Below, one piece after another: positions 28,058 to 37,965 of a DNA stretch of 60,891 nt. This stretch comes from an uncultured Oligoflexia bacterium. Its GTDB lineage: Bacteria > Bdellovibrionota > UBA1018 > UBA923. The DNA is taken from the NCBI GenBank assembly GCA_964649095.1, contig CAZYPH010000001.1, positions 1-60,891 on the forward strand, read 5' to 3'. A program made the position numbers and the translations under genes. Position 1 is the first letter of the stretch. Each line of letters starts with the position of its first letter. Below the pieces are notes generated by a model. The model searched no databases. It saw nothing but the letters and a program-made list of their open reading frames with translations, and was not told the origin of the DNA.

Positions 28058-28993
28058 CTAACGAAGTTTTACCCGTGGATCGACCACTCCATACGCAATA
28101 TCAGTGAGCAAATTACCCGCAATAAATAATAGGGTCTCAATAGTTGTCATGGCTTTAATAACGGGAAAGTCGGAGTTGTGAATAGCGTCGATAGTGAGGC
28201 TACCTAATCCGGGAATTCCAAAAAAACTCTCTAGTAGAAACGACCCTGTAATTAAAAATGGCAACTGAATGACAACATAGGTTACCACCGGAATAAGTGC
28301 ATTACGTAAAATATGTCGAAACAACAATCGGCTCTCTGGCAAACCCTTGGCACGCCCCGTTCGCACGTAATCTTGGCCGGCCTCATCTAACATAAATGTT
28401 CGAAACACTCGGACGTTGATACCTAAACTAACCATGACCCAAATAATGGCGGGTAAAATGATATAGGGGATGCGATTGGCCCATTCAAAATCAAAACCAG
28501 AGACCGGAAACCACCCGAGATAGTACGCAAAGAAATATTGACCAAACAATATATACGCCAAAGACGATATACTCATACCCGCAACACACAAGATAACTAC
28601 GACACGATCAAAAAGCCCGCCGCGGAAATACGAAACTAAAAGGGCAATTAAAACACCCATGAACGTTTCAATAATAAATGCGGGAACTGCTAAGGAAAGC
28701 GAGGGGCCGATGCCGCGCAAAATCATCTGCGAGATTTCTAGTTTTGTAGAATAACTACGGCCAAAATCCCAGGTAACGACCTGTTTTAAAAAACGGAAGA
28801 ACTGCTCATACAATGGCAAGTCCAACCCCAATACGTGTCGCAGGTCAGCAAACTGTTGGGGCGTCGCGTTTTTTCCCAACATGGAATAGGTTGGGTCGCC
28901 ACCAACCACATGAAATAATATAAAAATAATGAGACACACGCCCAACACGGTTGGCACGGTGTAAATGAGACGACGGAATATGTAACCAATCAT
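28058..28993 (-). CDS. oppB: oligopeptide ABC transporter permease
   Basis: N-terminus MIGYIFRRLIYTVPTVLGV is typical of OppB/DppB; EAA-like loop RAKGLPE. Confidence 0.85.
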   Translation of the reverse strand: MIGYIFRRLIYTVPTVLGVCLIIFILFHVVGGDPTYSMLGKNATPQQFADLRHVLGLDLPLYEQFFRFLKQVVTWDFGRSYSTKLEISQMILRGIGPSLSLAVPAFIIETFMGVLIALLVSYFRGGLFDRVVVILCVAGMSISSLAYILFGQYFFAYYLGWFPVSGFDFEWANRIPYIILPAIIWVMVSLGINVRVFRTFMLDEAGQDYVRTGRAKGLPESRLLFRHILRNALIPVVTYVVIQLPFLITGSFLLESFFGIPGLGSLTIDAIHNSDFPVIKAMTTIETLLFIAGNLLTDIAYGVVDPRVKLR

Positions 28994-29025
28994 TTAAATT
29001 CTCCGGCAAAATCTTCGAGCACTTC

Positions 29026-30882
29026 TTAATGAAAACCCTTAATTTTTTCAGCGCGTAGCGTTTGATCAACACGCATGTATTTTTCCGAATTTCGCTCAAA
29101 CAGATGCAACTGAAAGTTTTTTAACCAAGCATGTTTTAAGCGCGTCTCTGACTGGTGGACCGTTGTAAACAGCGGAAGCTCACTCTCTAAAATCGTCTGC
29201 ATTGTTTTGATTAAACCGTGCCGTTTTGCGCGGTTTGTAGCGACATCAGCAAGTGAAATATACGCTTCATACGCCTTATCATAGGCGCTGCTTTTAAAAT
29301 TGGTGTCGTTTGGCCCCGGCGAAGCATTTTTACTGTAAAACAATTGCAGGGCATTCTGAGCATCAGGATAATCGTAAACCCAAGAGGCGGACCATACTTG
29401 AGCCAAACGTTGTTTCTTACGTTTTAAAAACTCAGGCCAGGTCACGCGATTCACCGAAAGTTTTATTCCCAACGGCTGCAACGCCAGACGATAATATTCG
29501 GCGATCTGAACTTTTGTAGTGTCGTTACGAATGTCCATGATCAGTTCAGGAATTCCAGCCCCATCAGCATGGCCATTTTGGGCTAAAATTTGACGGGCTT
29601 TTGCTAGGTTAAACTCGCGATAAGGATTTTTGTAATTGGGATCAAACCCATCGATCCCTGACGGCACGGGGGACTGGGCAACGGCAGCTAAACCAAGATA
29701 AAATTTTTCAATCATGGGACCAGCATCAATCGCCAACGCGATCGCCTGGCGCAACCACCGGTTCTGATCGCCACCTACAACCTTGTCGTCCATGTTAAAC
29801 GCCACATAATCAAACCACACGCCAGGCTCTTTTTGTACTTCAATACCCTTTTCGGCCAATTCAGCCTTAGGACGCCCGTCGGTACCAAACGCTGCGGATT
29901 GATTATCTTTAGGGATGCGCTCCATGTAGTCGTGGTTGGCCTGCATAAAATTCAACCAAGCTGGCTGGTCTTCAACAATGATATCATCGACCACTTTATC
30001 GACGAGCGGTAGGGCCTTACCAGAGTCAGGATCACCGGCCACGACGGGATACGTTAAGTGGCGATAGTCTGGATTGCGCTTCCATACAACTTGATTCGGA
30101 GTAATCGCTTCCGCCTGAAATGGGCCAGTACCAACCGGGTGGTTCATAAAATCAGAGCCGTACATCTCTACGACTTCACGCGCGACAACATAAGCAAAAT
30201 TGGTGGCCAGCACATGCAAAAAAATCGGGTACGGTCGCACTAAGCTCACTTGTAACGTATGCGAATCTAGAGCCTTAATACCCTCAACTGGTGCTGCCCA
30301 TAAAGCGGCACGCGCGGCGTCGGTCAACGAAGTGTCTACTAGTTTTTGACGCCATTCTGTTAGGCCTTTTATATAACCTTCAAAAATCCAATAACCTTCC
30401 GAAGCCTCTTTGGGGTCGGCAATGCGTTTAAACGAATAAATGAAATCGTCGGCCACGACTTCACGTTTTTTAGCCTCGCCGAAGGCTTTGTCGGTGTGGA
30501 AGTGCACACCTTTTTTAATTTTGAACGTATAAGTTAGCTGATCGCTCGATACCGTCGGAAGAGCTTCGGCCAAAAGCGGTTCCACCTCGTACGGACGTTT
30601 ATAATAGGCGTACTGCACTAGGCCTTCGTAAGCGCGAGCCGCTAACGTGCCAGAATAGTAGTCTTCGGTATGGGCCGGATCGATGGATTTGTATTTATCT
30701 CGCAGAGCAACTCGAATCGTATTACCGATTTCTTTTTTCGACGTACACCCTGTGAAATTAATCAAAGATAGACAACACAGAGCTATCGACAAGACGGTAG
30801 CCTGAAAAATGCTTCTGGACCTGCTCTTGCACAACTCTTGTGACGCATGCTGCGTCTGCCTGACAACGTGTTGGGAGCGCAT
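29026..30882 (-). CDS. oppA: family-5 peptide-binding lipoprotein (OppA-like)
   Basis: Large SBP_bac_5-like sequence. Lipoprotein signal SIFQATVLSIALCCLSLINFTGC. The start is uncertain: ATG 30882, TTG 30834, or the track start 30990. All three overlap the upstream gene. Confidence 0.8.
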   Translation of the reverse strand: MRSQHVVRQTQHASQELCKSRSRSIFQATVLSIALCCLSLINFTGCTSKKEIGNTIRVALRDKYKSIDPAHTEDYYSGTLAARAYEGLVQYAYYKRPYEVEPLLAEALPTVSSDQLTYTFKIKKGVHFHTDKAFGEAKKREVVADDFIYSFKRIADPKEASEGYWIFEGYIKGLTEWRQKLVDTSLTDAARAALWAAPVEGIKALDSHTLQVSLVRPYPIFLHVLATNFAYVVAREVVEMYGSDFMNHPVGTGPFQAEAITPNQVVWKRNPDYRHLTYPVVAGDPDSGKALPLVDKVVDDIIVEDQPAWLNFMQANHDYMERIPKDNQSAAFGTDGRPKAELAEKGIEVQKEPGVWFDYVAFNMDDKVVGGDQNRWLRQAIALAIDAGPMIEKFYLGLAAVAQSPVPSGIDGFDPNYKNPYREFNLAKARQILAQNGHADGAGIPELIMDIRNDTTKVQIAEYYRLALQPLGIKLSVNRVTWPEFLKRKKQRLAQVWSASWVYDYPDAQNALQLFYSKNASPGPNDTNFKSSAYDKAYEAYISLADVATNRAKRHGLIKTMQTILESELPLFTTVHQSETRLKHAWLKNFQLHLFERNSEKYMRVDQTLRAEKIKGFH

Positions 30883-31783
30883 CGATGTCAACCCACTGAG
30901 GAAAGGTGTTAATTGTGTACGATTGGGAAACAGTACTGCATCTTTTTTCACTAGATTTTTCACCACTAACAATAGAGCCCGCCGCACCACATGTTTTTAA
31001 CATGCGATCACGAATGGCTAATTTTAACTCAAATGATTTTTCTGTTGCGTCGATTGATAACGTCAGTTTTTTAGGTAAATCAAATTCTTCGAGATCTGCA
31101 TAGTCAGCATGTTCAAGTTTTATGATATTTTTTTTTCGCGACCCACTAGTCCATCGCGCTGATTTTACTACATGACGACTTCCGGGAATGGCTTGAAACT
31201 GAGCGTCACAATCTTCCGCAACTAAACACTCTTTAGGCGCTAGACCGGCTACCATCGGTGCAAGAGTACTTAAGACATTGATGTATTGATTCGTCGGTGT
31301 ATCGGCCGATGCCACTGCGAATACTTGACGTGAGTGCAGAACCCAAATTACCAGACGCTTGGCCCCCCAATAGACCGATAGAATAGAGGCTACGCCATTC
31401 CCAATCGGGTCTTTGACATCAAAACGAAACCACTCTCGATTTCCGCTGCGTAACAAGTAGAATTTTCCGGGGAAGGATTGCGATGATTCTGATGCCGCAG
31501 CGCCACCATTGTTTTGAACCGCACGTGTACGTGTATACGACAGGCGCGCCCAAAAACGGGCTTCAATACTTTCAATTGATTGCTGCCAGTCTGAGATTTG
31601 TTCAAGCTTTAAATTGTTCGCAGCATTCGAATCCGGTGATGTCCGCTGGTGAGCACACCCAAAACACGCAAACAAGAAAGCGAACACAAACGTTCGCGTA
31701 TTTAGGAAACTACCTAGTAGCGGTTTGTAAGGTTGATACTTTCTCTTCAAGGTTTTTAAAATCACGAATTCGAGAAAGATCAT
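30758..31783 (-). CDS. lipoprotein, possibly LolB/DUF4292-like, with a Cys-rich C-terminal extension
   Basis: Lipobox FLFACFGC and beta-rich sequence. It lies directly downstream of a TPR lipoprotein gene. The start is uncertain (31783, or TTG at 31750). Confidence 0.5.
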   Translation of the reverse strand: MIFLEFVILKTLKRKYQPYKPLLGSFLNTRTFVFAFLFACFGCAHQRTSPDSNAANNLKLEQISDWQQSIESIEARFWARLSYTRTRAVQNNGGAAASESSQSFPGKFYLLRSGNREWFRFDVKDPIGNGVASILSVYWGAKRLVIWVLHSRQVFAVASADTPTNQYINVLSTLAPMVAGLAPKECLVAEDCDAQFQAIPGSRHVVKSARWTSGSRKKNIIKLEHADYADLEEFDLPKKLTLSIDATEKSFELKLAIRDRMLKTCGAAGSIVSGEKSSEKRCSTVSQSYTINTFPQWVDIDALPTRCQADAACVTRVVQEQVQKHFSGYRLVDSSVLSIFD

Positions 31784-33566
31784 TTGGCGTTTCCTTTATG
31801 CTAACTTCGTACAATTTTGCGGCGACCAAATACTTTTGCAAAGCTTTTTGTTTCATACCAAGTTTTAGATACGCATCACCAATATGCTCGACAATGACCG
31901 CTTCTTTTGGGGCTTTTGCCAGCGCCGATTGAAATATTTTTAAAGCGGCTTCGACCTTTCCACGTCGCAACAACAAGTAGCCGTAGCTATCTTGAATATA
32001 ACCATCTTTTGGTTTGAGCTTCATGGCTGTCATCAAAAGTTTTTCAGCATCGTCTAAACGCTCATTACGGAGCGCTAAAGTATAACCAACATAGTTGAGC
32101 GCTTGAGCATTCTCTGGATTCACTACTAAAAGACTTTCCATGACTTGTAGTGCCTTCGCCGTATCGCCTAGTTTATCTTGTAGCGTAGCCAAGTAATACA
32201 AGAGGCGCTCGTCTTGATTAAAATTTTTGTACGCACCATCTAATACATCAGCCGCTTGCGTAAACTTGCCGTGCTCTTCTAACAAAGAAGCTTTAAATAA
32301 ATAGAACTGAACATAAAGCGGTGACTTTTCAATGGCATTTGAGATGAACGCCAACGTGTTCTCAAGATCACCTTTTTGTTTAATTAAAAAAGCGGCGTGA
32401 ATAGTCGCATCTGGGTAGATCACGCTACTTTGGGGGATTTTCTGATATTCCGCGATCGCGTCATCAGGGCGTTTAGCCTCTTGGAACACTGACGCCAAAT
32501 AGTAACGAATCTTTTCAGCGTCGGGATTTTTTTCTAATAAGGCTCGGAAGACAGCAATCGCATCATCATACTGTTTTTTCTCGACGTAAATCAGCCCTAT
32601 TTTTACGCGAACGTTTAAGTTTTCTTCATCTTGTTTTTGAATATGTAACAAATACTTAAGAGCCGAATCGAAATCATCACGTTCTATAAATATCTGCGCC
32701 AATCGAGCAGCGGCCTGTAAATCTTGCGTATGAGTAAAAAGTTCACGATAAACTGGGATAGCCTCTTTTACCCGCTTGGCATCTTCTAAGAGCATACCTA
32801 AAGAGAGCCCAGCTTGGGTAAACATTGGCTTAATTTTTAAGGCGCGACGTAGGTGTTTTACCGCCAAGTCGATCTGATCTCTTTTGTGATAAATACGACC
32901 TAAATAAAAATGAGCCAGATACGAATCGGCATCTTGTTTAACGACCTTGTGAAAGGCTTTTAACGCCTCATCAAATTTGCCTTGTTCTACATACAAAGAC
33001 GCACGGAATACTAAAGCTTCGCTATGTTGCGGATCAATCGCTAAAACAGCGTCATACTGATCTTGAGCCTCGGCCATCAATTGAGTCGAAGCATAAAGGC
33101 CTCCCAATAATAGACGTGCATCGATAAACTTTGGGTCGATCGCCACCGCACGTTTTGCTTCTTCAATCGCAAACGTTAACAAACCCGCTTTTGCGTACTC
33201 TGCACTTAGGCGCGAATGTAAAAGACTTGAGCGCGGGTCATGTAAAACAGCTAAACGATATTCTTCAATAGCCAGAGTAGTATTGCCTTCTAAAGAGGCG
33301 GCTTGACCGGCTGAAAAGTGGTAGCTGGCGCGGTCTTCGGCGCTCGCATCTTTACCTAGGGCGAGTTCTTCTTTTTGTTTGGCAGCATCAACATCTAATT
33401 CACTCACCACCGCGTTTTTAGGATCGACCTCAACCCCAGCCTTCATGCTCGGCACTGAGCGCTGCGGTTGTGAGGTAGAGCAACCGGCAAGTATTACAAA
33501 TGCAGTTACCCCCGCAGACCATCCGCACTGTTGAATGCGCTTTAATAGACGTTGATTTAAATTCAT
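31710..33566 (-). CDS. TPR-repeat lipoprotein
   Basis: Lipobox FVILAGCSTS, then more than 10 TPR-like 34-aa repeats (recurrent A..Y..AL..DP... patterns). Confidence 0.82.
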   Translation of the reverse strand: MNLNQRLLKRIQQCGWSAGVTAFVILAGCSTSQPQRSVPSMKAGVEVDPKNAVVSELDVDAAKQKEELALGKDASAEDRASYHFSAGQAASLEGNTTLAIEEYRLAVLHDPRSSLLHSRLSAEYAKAGLLTFAIEEAKRAVAIDPKFIDARLLLGGLYASTQLMAEAQDQYDAVLAIDPQHSEALVFRASLYVEQGKFDEALKAFHKVVKQDADSYLAHFYLGRIYHKRDQIDLAVKHLRRALKIKPMFTQAGLSLGMLLEDAKRVKEAIPVYRELFTHTQDLQAAARLAQIFIERDDFDSALKYLLHIQKQDEENLNVRVKIGLIYVEKKQYDDAIAVFRALLEKNPDAEKIRYYLASVFQEAKRPDDAIAEYQKIPQSSVIYPDATIHAAFLIKQKGDLENTLAFISNAIEKSPLYVQFYLFKASLLEEHGKFTQAADVLDGAYKNFNQDERLLYYLATLQDKLGDTAKALQVMESLLVVNPENAQALNYVGYTLALRNERLDDAEKLLMTAMKLKPKDGYIQDSYGYLLLRRGKVEAALKIFQSALAKAPKEAVIVEHIGDAYLKLGMKQKALQKYLVAAKLYEVSIKETPNDLSRIRDFKNLEEKVSTLQTATR

Positions 33567-33620
33567 GAGAATCTCCCTATGCAGAGCCCAGAATCCTATT
33601 ATTTGAAATATTTACGTGCC

Positions 33621-33650
33621 TTGACATGGTGCCGTGAGCGTAAATATAAC
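33621..33650 (+). promoter_or_regulatory. sigma70-like promoter candidate
   Basis: TTGACA (33621..33626), a 17-18 nt spacer, then ATATAA/TATAAC (33644..33650). It lies about 295 nt upstream of the phaR-like ATG. Confidence 0.3.
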
Positions 33651-33781
33651 TATATTGTAGGGGGTCGGGGCAGCTTAAAGCTAACGTAATTTTCTCGTCT
33701 TAAGTCGCTTCGACAAATAGCAAATAAAAATTAGTAATTATTGACCGCGAATGGTTGAGCTAGGTTTTCTAAATCTTGCTT

Positions 33782-33809
33782 TAGGTAAAATTTACCTAGA
33801 GTAGGTAAA
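33782..33809. promoter_or_regulatory. 17-bp perfect palindrome plus a third half-site (candidate operator)
   Basis: taggtaaa-a-tttaccta (33782..33798), followed by gag and then taggtaaa (33802..33809). It sits upstream of the PhaR-like regulator gene. Confidence 0.35.
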
Positions 33810-33942
33810 TTTTTTAGAGTTAGCGCGACTTGTCTGAGGTCACGTGATCGCTAATTTTACAGGGTAAAAAAAACGAAGGGGTAATCCGTTTTTGAAACTC
33901 TGCGCACTTGCTTTGAACACATGTGATGGGGGTCACATAAAC

Positions 33943-34350
33943 ATGACAAATAATACAAACACAACACCGAGTCCGACTGCTGCAAATCCAGAAAGTGCTA
34001 ATGCTGCCATGGAAGTAGCGGACGGCGTAAAACTAATCAAACGCTATCAAAACAGAAAGCTCTACGACACCAATCAAAGCTGCTACGTTACGCTCGATGA
34101 AATTGCTCAGATGATTAAAAACGGCGAGGAACTAAAAGTAGTCGACAACCGCAGTCAGACAGATATTACAGCCGTTACTTTGACGCAGCTTTTGTATGAA
34201 TCCGAGCGCAAATCACGCAATGGCGTGCCGGTCGAAATGTTGCGCGAAATCATCCGCGGTGGCGATGGTTCGTTTAGTGGTTATATCCGCTCTAATCTTT
34301 CGGGCAGCGTCCGGAAATTTGATGATGAGAGTGAAGCCAAAGCGCTCTAA
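33943..34350 (+). CDS. phaR: PhaR-like (PHA synthesis repressor family) DNA-binding protein
   Basis: IKRYQNRKLYDTNQSCYVTLDEIAQMIKNGEELKVVDNRSQTDITAVTLTQLL matches the PHB/PHA accumulation regulator N-terminal domain as I remember it. ATG at 33943 is preferred over the track's TTG at 33892. Confidence 0.72.
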   Translation: MTNNTNTTPSPTAANPESANAAMEVADGVKLIKRYQNRKLYDTNQSCYVTLDEIAQMIKNGEELKVVDNRSQTDITAVTLTQLLYESERKSRNGVPVEMLREIIRGGDGSFSGYIRSNLSGSVRKFDDESEAKAL

Positions 34351-34391
34351 GAAGAAGCGTGTTCTTCTCAATTTATTTTACTAATGAGTTA

Positions 34392-34435
34392 AACTCCGCC
34401 AGGTCATCAACTTTTGATTACCTGGCGGAGTTTTT
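34392..34435 (+). terminator. rho-independent terminator after the phaR-like gene
   Basis: Perfect 13-bp stem aactccgccaggt / acctggcggagtt, a 15-nt loop, then TTTTT. Confidence 0.8.
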
Positions 34436-34461
34436 ACATTTCGGGTAACTTGAAATCAGAT

Positions 34462-35067
34462 ATGAAATTCTTAAATAAATGGCGCTCACGTTTACTTGTA
34501 AGCTGCGTTGGCATGCTTATATTTTGGTCCTTCACTGTTTCAAGAACCGCTGAGGCGGCGGCCGATAGGCACAGTTTGGGATTACAGATCGGTCAAGTCA
34601 TCTTAATGGGTGACTACGGATCGCGCGTCAATAATGGCATTGGTGTTGGCGTTTTATACGATTATGAAGCGAGTGATCTGTTTGGACTCATGGTAGAGGC
34701 GAGCTACTCTGGCCACTCGAACAACAACGACACGAATTCCCTCGGGCTGTTAGGCCTGGTGCCCAACCTAAAAGTAAACATGCTCTATTTAGATAAACTG
34801 ACATTTTTTGGATTAGCGGGATTCGGCTTATATCGAGTCGATCAAACGATCGAAAACGTTTCAGGATCGGTACTTACCTTCGGTTTTGATTTGGGAGCCG
34901 GCTTCCACTTAGATGTGGGCGAGAATTTTTTATTCGGCAGCACATTACTTTTTTATAATATATTTAATCGCGTAGATTCGGCGACGGTTAGCACGGCCAA
35001 TCCATCAGGCTTTAGCATGGGCGGTACGATGTTGAAGTTAGGCGTTTTTGGCGCGTACGTTTTTTAA
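34462..35067 (+). CDS. small outer-membrane beta-barrel protein (OmpA-N/OmpW-like size)
   Basis: Signal peptide MKFLNKWRSRLLVSCVGMLIFWSFTVSRTAEA, alternating beta-strand pattern, and terminal GVFGAYVF. Its stop overlaps the ribD start (TAATG). Confidence 0.7.
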   Translation: MKFLNKWRSRLLVSCVGMLIFWSFTVSRTAEAAADRHSLGLQIGQVILMGDYGSRVNNGIGVGVLYDYEASDLFGLMVEASYSGHSNNNDTNSLGLLGLVPNLKVNMLYLDKLTFFGLAGFGLYRVDQTIENVSGSVLTFGFDLGAGFHLDVGENFLFGSTLLFYNIFNRVDSATVSTANPSGFSMGGTMLKLGVFGAYVF

Positions 35068-36104
35068 TGTCCTTACCTCAGACGTATTGGATGGACCTGG
35101 CGGCCCACCGTGCTCGCCATTTTTTGGGGGCCACGCTCCCGAACCCAGCGGTCGGCGCCTGCATTGTCAGTGCTGAGGGGCAGGTATTAGCGCTGACGGC
35201 TCATGAACGCTGTGGGGAAACACACGCCGAAGCTAAGGCGATTAGTGCGGTACAGAACAACCCCGATCTTCGCCCCCTTCTCAAGAGCGCGACATTGTTT
35301 GTAACGTTAGAGCCTTGCAACCATGTTGGACGCACTCCACCATGTACAGCGACGATTCTGCAGTCTGGTATTCGTTCGGTTTTTTATGGTTGTTCTGATC
35401 ATAATCCTAACGTCGCCGGAAATGGCGCCGGATTTTTAAAGGCAAATGGCATTCATTGCCAACTACTTGAAACAGATTACAGCAATGAACTCAACCAGTA
35501 CTTTAAGTGTGTCGCACTACAAAAGAGGCCTTTTTTACGTGCAAAGATAGCCTATAAAATCGAAGAAACCGGCTTTTTGAGCCACTTACCGGCACCTAAA
35601 TTAAAAACATTTACATCGCAAGACTCTTTACGAATGGCGCACATTTTAAGGCGAGAAAGCAGTGTAATTGTCACTAGCTTAAAAACTATATTGGCCGACT
35701 GGCCAATGTTTACCGTTCGTTTGGTGCCGGATCATTCGACAGGTCCTGGGCAAACTCGACCTCCGAAACGTACGCTGGTGGTGGTAGGTTCCCAACTACG
35801 ATTCCAGACTCACGCTGAGACTTATGCCCGCTACCAACACGAACGCTCAAATGACTTCAACATCGTAGCGTTTGATTCGGCACGGCCTTTAAAAGGCTTA
35901 ATCGACGCGATAAACCGCGATGTTCAACACCAACTCGTTTTGCTCGAGTCAGGTCCGACGCTTTTGGGTGCGTTTGAGTCGGAGCGCCTCGTAGACGAGC
36001 GCCACACGTTTATTACCACCAAGAGGTACTTTGGTGGCGAAGACTCACCAGACGGCTACAAAGACTGTTACATGGTACACAAACTGCTTACTAATTATCG
36101 CTAA
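35067..36104 (+). CDS. ribD: bifunctional diaminohydroxyphosphoribosylaminopyrimidine deaminase / 5-amino-6-(5-phosphoribosylamino)uracil reductase
   Basis: Deaminase zinc motifs THAEAKAI and TLEPCNHVGRTPPC, with a reductase-like C-terminal half. Confidence 0.9.
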   Translation: MSLPQTYWMDLAAHRARHFLGATLPNPAVGACIVSAEGQVLALTAHERCGETHAEAKAISAVQNNPDLRPLLKSATLFVTLEPCNHVGRTPPCTATILQSGIRSVFYGCSDHNPNVAGNGAGFLKANGIHCQLLETDYSNELNQYFKCVALQKRPFLRAKIAYKIEETGFLSHLPAPKLKTFTSQDSLRMAHILRRESSVIVTSLKTILADWPMFTVRLVPDHSTGPGQTRPPKRTLVVVGSQLRFQTHAETYARYQHERSNDFNIVAFDSARPLKGLIDAINRDVQHQLVLLESGPTLLGAFESERLVDERHTFITTKRYFGGEDSPDGYKDCYMVHKLLTNYR

Positions 36105-36126
36105 TTACAGTAGTGAATTGGGTAAT

Positions 36127-36744
36127 ATGTTTACGGGTATTGTCACACAAGTTGGCTCTGTTGTTTCGCGATCAAAATCGGCTGAACAAAACGCTGTTGA
36201 GCTGGTTTTGCAGTCCGGATACTCGGATCTCATTATTGGCGAAAGCGTTGCAGTCAATGGTGTTTGTTTGACGGTAACAAAGATCGACCTGAACAGCGCA
36301 GGGTCGGTCGCCACTTTTTTTGTTGGTTACGAAACTTTAAAGCGGTCGAACCTTGGCGGCTTGGAAGTTGGTACGTTCTGCAACCTGGAGCGGGCGACAC
36401 GACTCTCAGACCGTTTGTCGGGCCATATTGTGCAAGGGCACGTCGATGCGACAGCTAAGGTCACCCAACTAGCAGCCCATGCCACAAGTGGTGGAGCCTT
36501 CAAGTTAGTATTTCAATTAGAGCGTGAAAGCTCCTATACGATCAACAAAGGTTCCATTGCCGTAAATGGAGTTAGTTTAACTATTGTGTCGGTCAATGGT
36601 CGCGAAGTGGAAATTATGATTATTCCCCACACTTGGTATCATACAAATTTTCAGTATCTGACTGTGGGGCAATTAATAAATATAGAATTTGATATGTTTG
36701 CAAAATACGTAGAGCGCATCCTGCAGCATCAAATGTCATTTTGA
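36127..36744 (+). CDS. ribE: riboflavin synthase (alpha chain)
   Basis: [10 protein letters not shown] start and internal duplication ([11 protein letters not shown] / [11 protein letters not shown]). Confidence 0.9.
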   Translation: MFTGIVTQVGSVVSRSKSAEQNAVELVLQSGYSDLIIGESVAVNGVCLTVTKIDLNSAGSVATFFVGYETLKRSNLGGLEVGTFCNLERATRLSDRLSGHIVQGHVDATAKVTQLAAHATSGGAFKLVFQLERESSYTINKGSIAVNGVSLTIVSVNGREVEIMIIPHTWYHTNFQYLTVGQLINIEFDMFAKYVERILQHQMSF

Positions 36745-36759
36745 TTGAGGGAAATTTTT

Positions 36760-37965
36760 ATGAGTGCGAAAGTTGTTGAAGCACTAAAACACATTCGTGA
36801 AGGCCGCATGGTCATTTTGGTGGACGATGAACATCGCGAGAACGAAGGCGATCTAATTTGTGCAGCTGAGAAAATCACACCAGAGATCATCAACTTCATG
36901 AGCACCCACGGTAAAGGCCTTATCTGCCTGAGTCTTGCGGGAGAGATTGCCGATGCTCTGGGCCTACCCCTGTCACCCACCCGCAACCAATCCCCCTTTG
37001 GTACGGCTTTTACGGTTTCGATTGAAGCCCGACATGGTGTTACCACTGGTATTTCAGCTCAAGACCGCGCCCACACCATCTTGACGGCGGTAAATGCCAA
37101 TGCGCGCCCCACAGATTTGATTATGCCGGGCCATATGTTTCCGTTACGGGCGAGGCCACATGGAGTTTTTGAACGGCGTGGACAAACAGAAGGCTCGGTA
37201 GACTTGGCGCGATTGGCAGGAATGCGTCCGGCTGGTGTTATATGTGAAATCATAAATACTGACGGGACAATGGCCAGGAGAAGCGACTTAGAGGCGTTTG
37301 CAGAAAAACATGCGATTCTCATGCTCTCGATTGAAGACATCGTAGAGTACCGGGCACAAACAGAGACCGTAATACAACGAGCGGCCGAGTCGGTGTTACC
37401 TACTAAACATTGGGGGTCTTTTAAGATTGAAGCGTTTGAAAACCCCATCGATCGTAGCGAGCATTTAGTTGTTTCAAAGGGGTCTATTAACTTAGATAAA
37501 CCAATATTGGTTCGCCTTCATTCGGAGTGTTTAACTGGGGACGTCTTTGGATCATTGCGCTGCGACTGTGGTGAACAACTACATCAGGCGCTAGAGGTAA
37601 TCTCTAATCAGGGTACCGGCTGTATCGTCTATTTAAGAAACCACGAAGGTCGTGGCATTGGACTAGCGAATAAAATTAGGGCTTACGCGCTTCAAGATGA
37701 CGGTTTTGACACCGTAGAAGCCAATATTAAACTCGGCTATTCTGCTGATGAACGCGATTATTTTACGGCGAGCCAGATCTTAAAAGCTCAGGGTTTAAAA
37801 ACTAATTCGGCCATTCATCTTATGACGAATAACCCCGTTAAAATGGCCATGCTAAATAAATTTGGTTTTAATAATGTAACGATGGTGCCCAATAAAATTT
37901 TGAGCAACCCATTAAATGAAAAATATTTACGCACAAAAAAAGAAAAATTAAATCATAAATTATGA
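36760..37965 (+). CDS. ribBA: bifunctional 3,4-dihydroxy-2-butanone-4-phosphate synthase / GTP cyclohydrolase II
   Basis: [13 protein letters not shown] (DHBP synthase) and [20 protein letters not shown] (GCH II zinc site). Confidence 0.9.
   Translation: MSAKVVEALKHIREGRMVILVDDEHRENEGDLICAAEKITPEIINFMSTHGKGLICLSLAGEIADALGLPLSPTRNQSPFGTAFTVSIEARHGVTTGISAQDRAHTILTAVNANARPTDLIMPGHMFPLRARPHGVFERRGQTEGSVDLARLAGMRPAGVICEIINTDGTMARRSDLEAFAEKHAILMLSIEDIVEYRAQTETVIQRAAESVLPTKHWGSFKIEAFENPIDRSEHLVVSKGSINLDKPILVRLHSECLTGDVFGSLRCDCGEQLHQALEVISNQGTGCIVYLRNHEGRGIGLANKIRAYALQDDGFDTVEANIKLGYSADERDYFTASQILKAQGLKTNSAIHLMTNNPVKMAMLNKFGFNNVTMVPNKILSNPLNEKYLRTKKEKLNHKL

Noticed and set aside
34351-35066. FMN riboswitch expected upstream of the rib operon
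   Set aside because: I could not find the conserved FMN aptamer core. The only strong structure is a simple 13-bp terminator hairpin belonging to the upstream gene. An Rfam scan is still needed to be certain.
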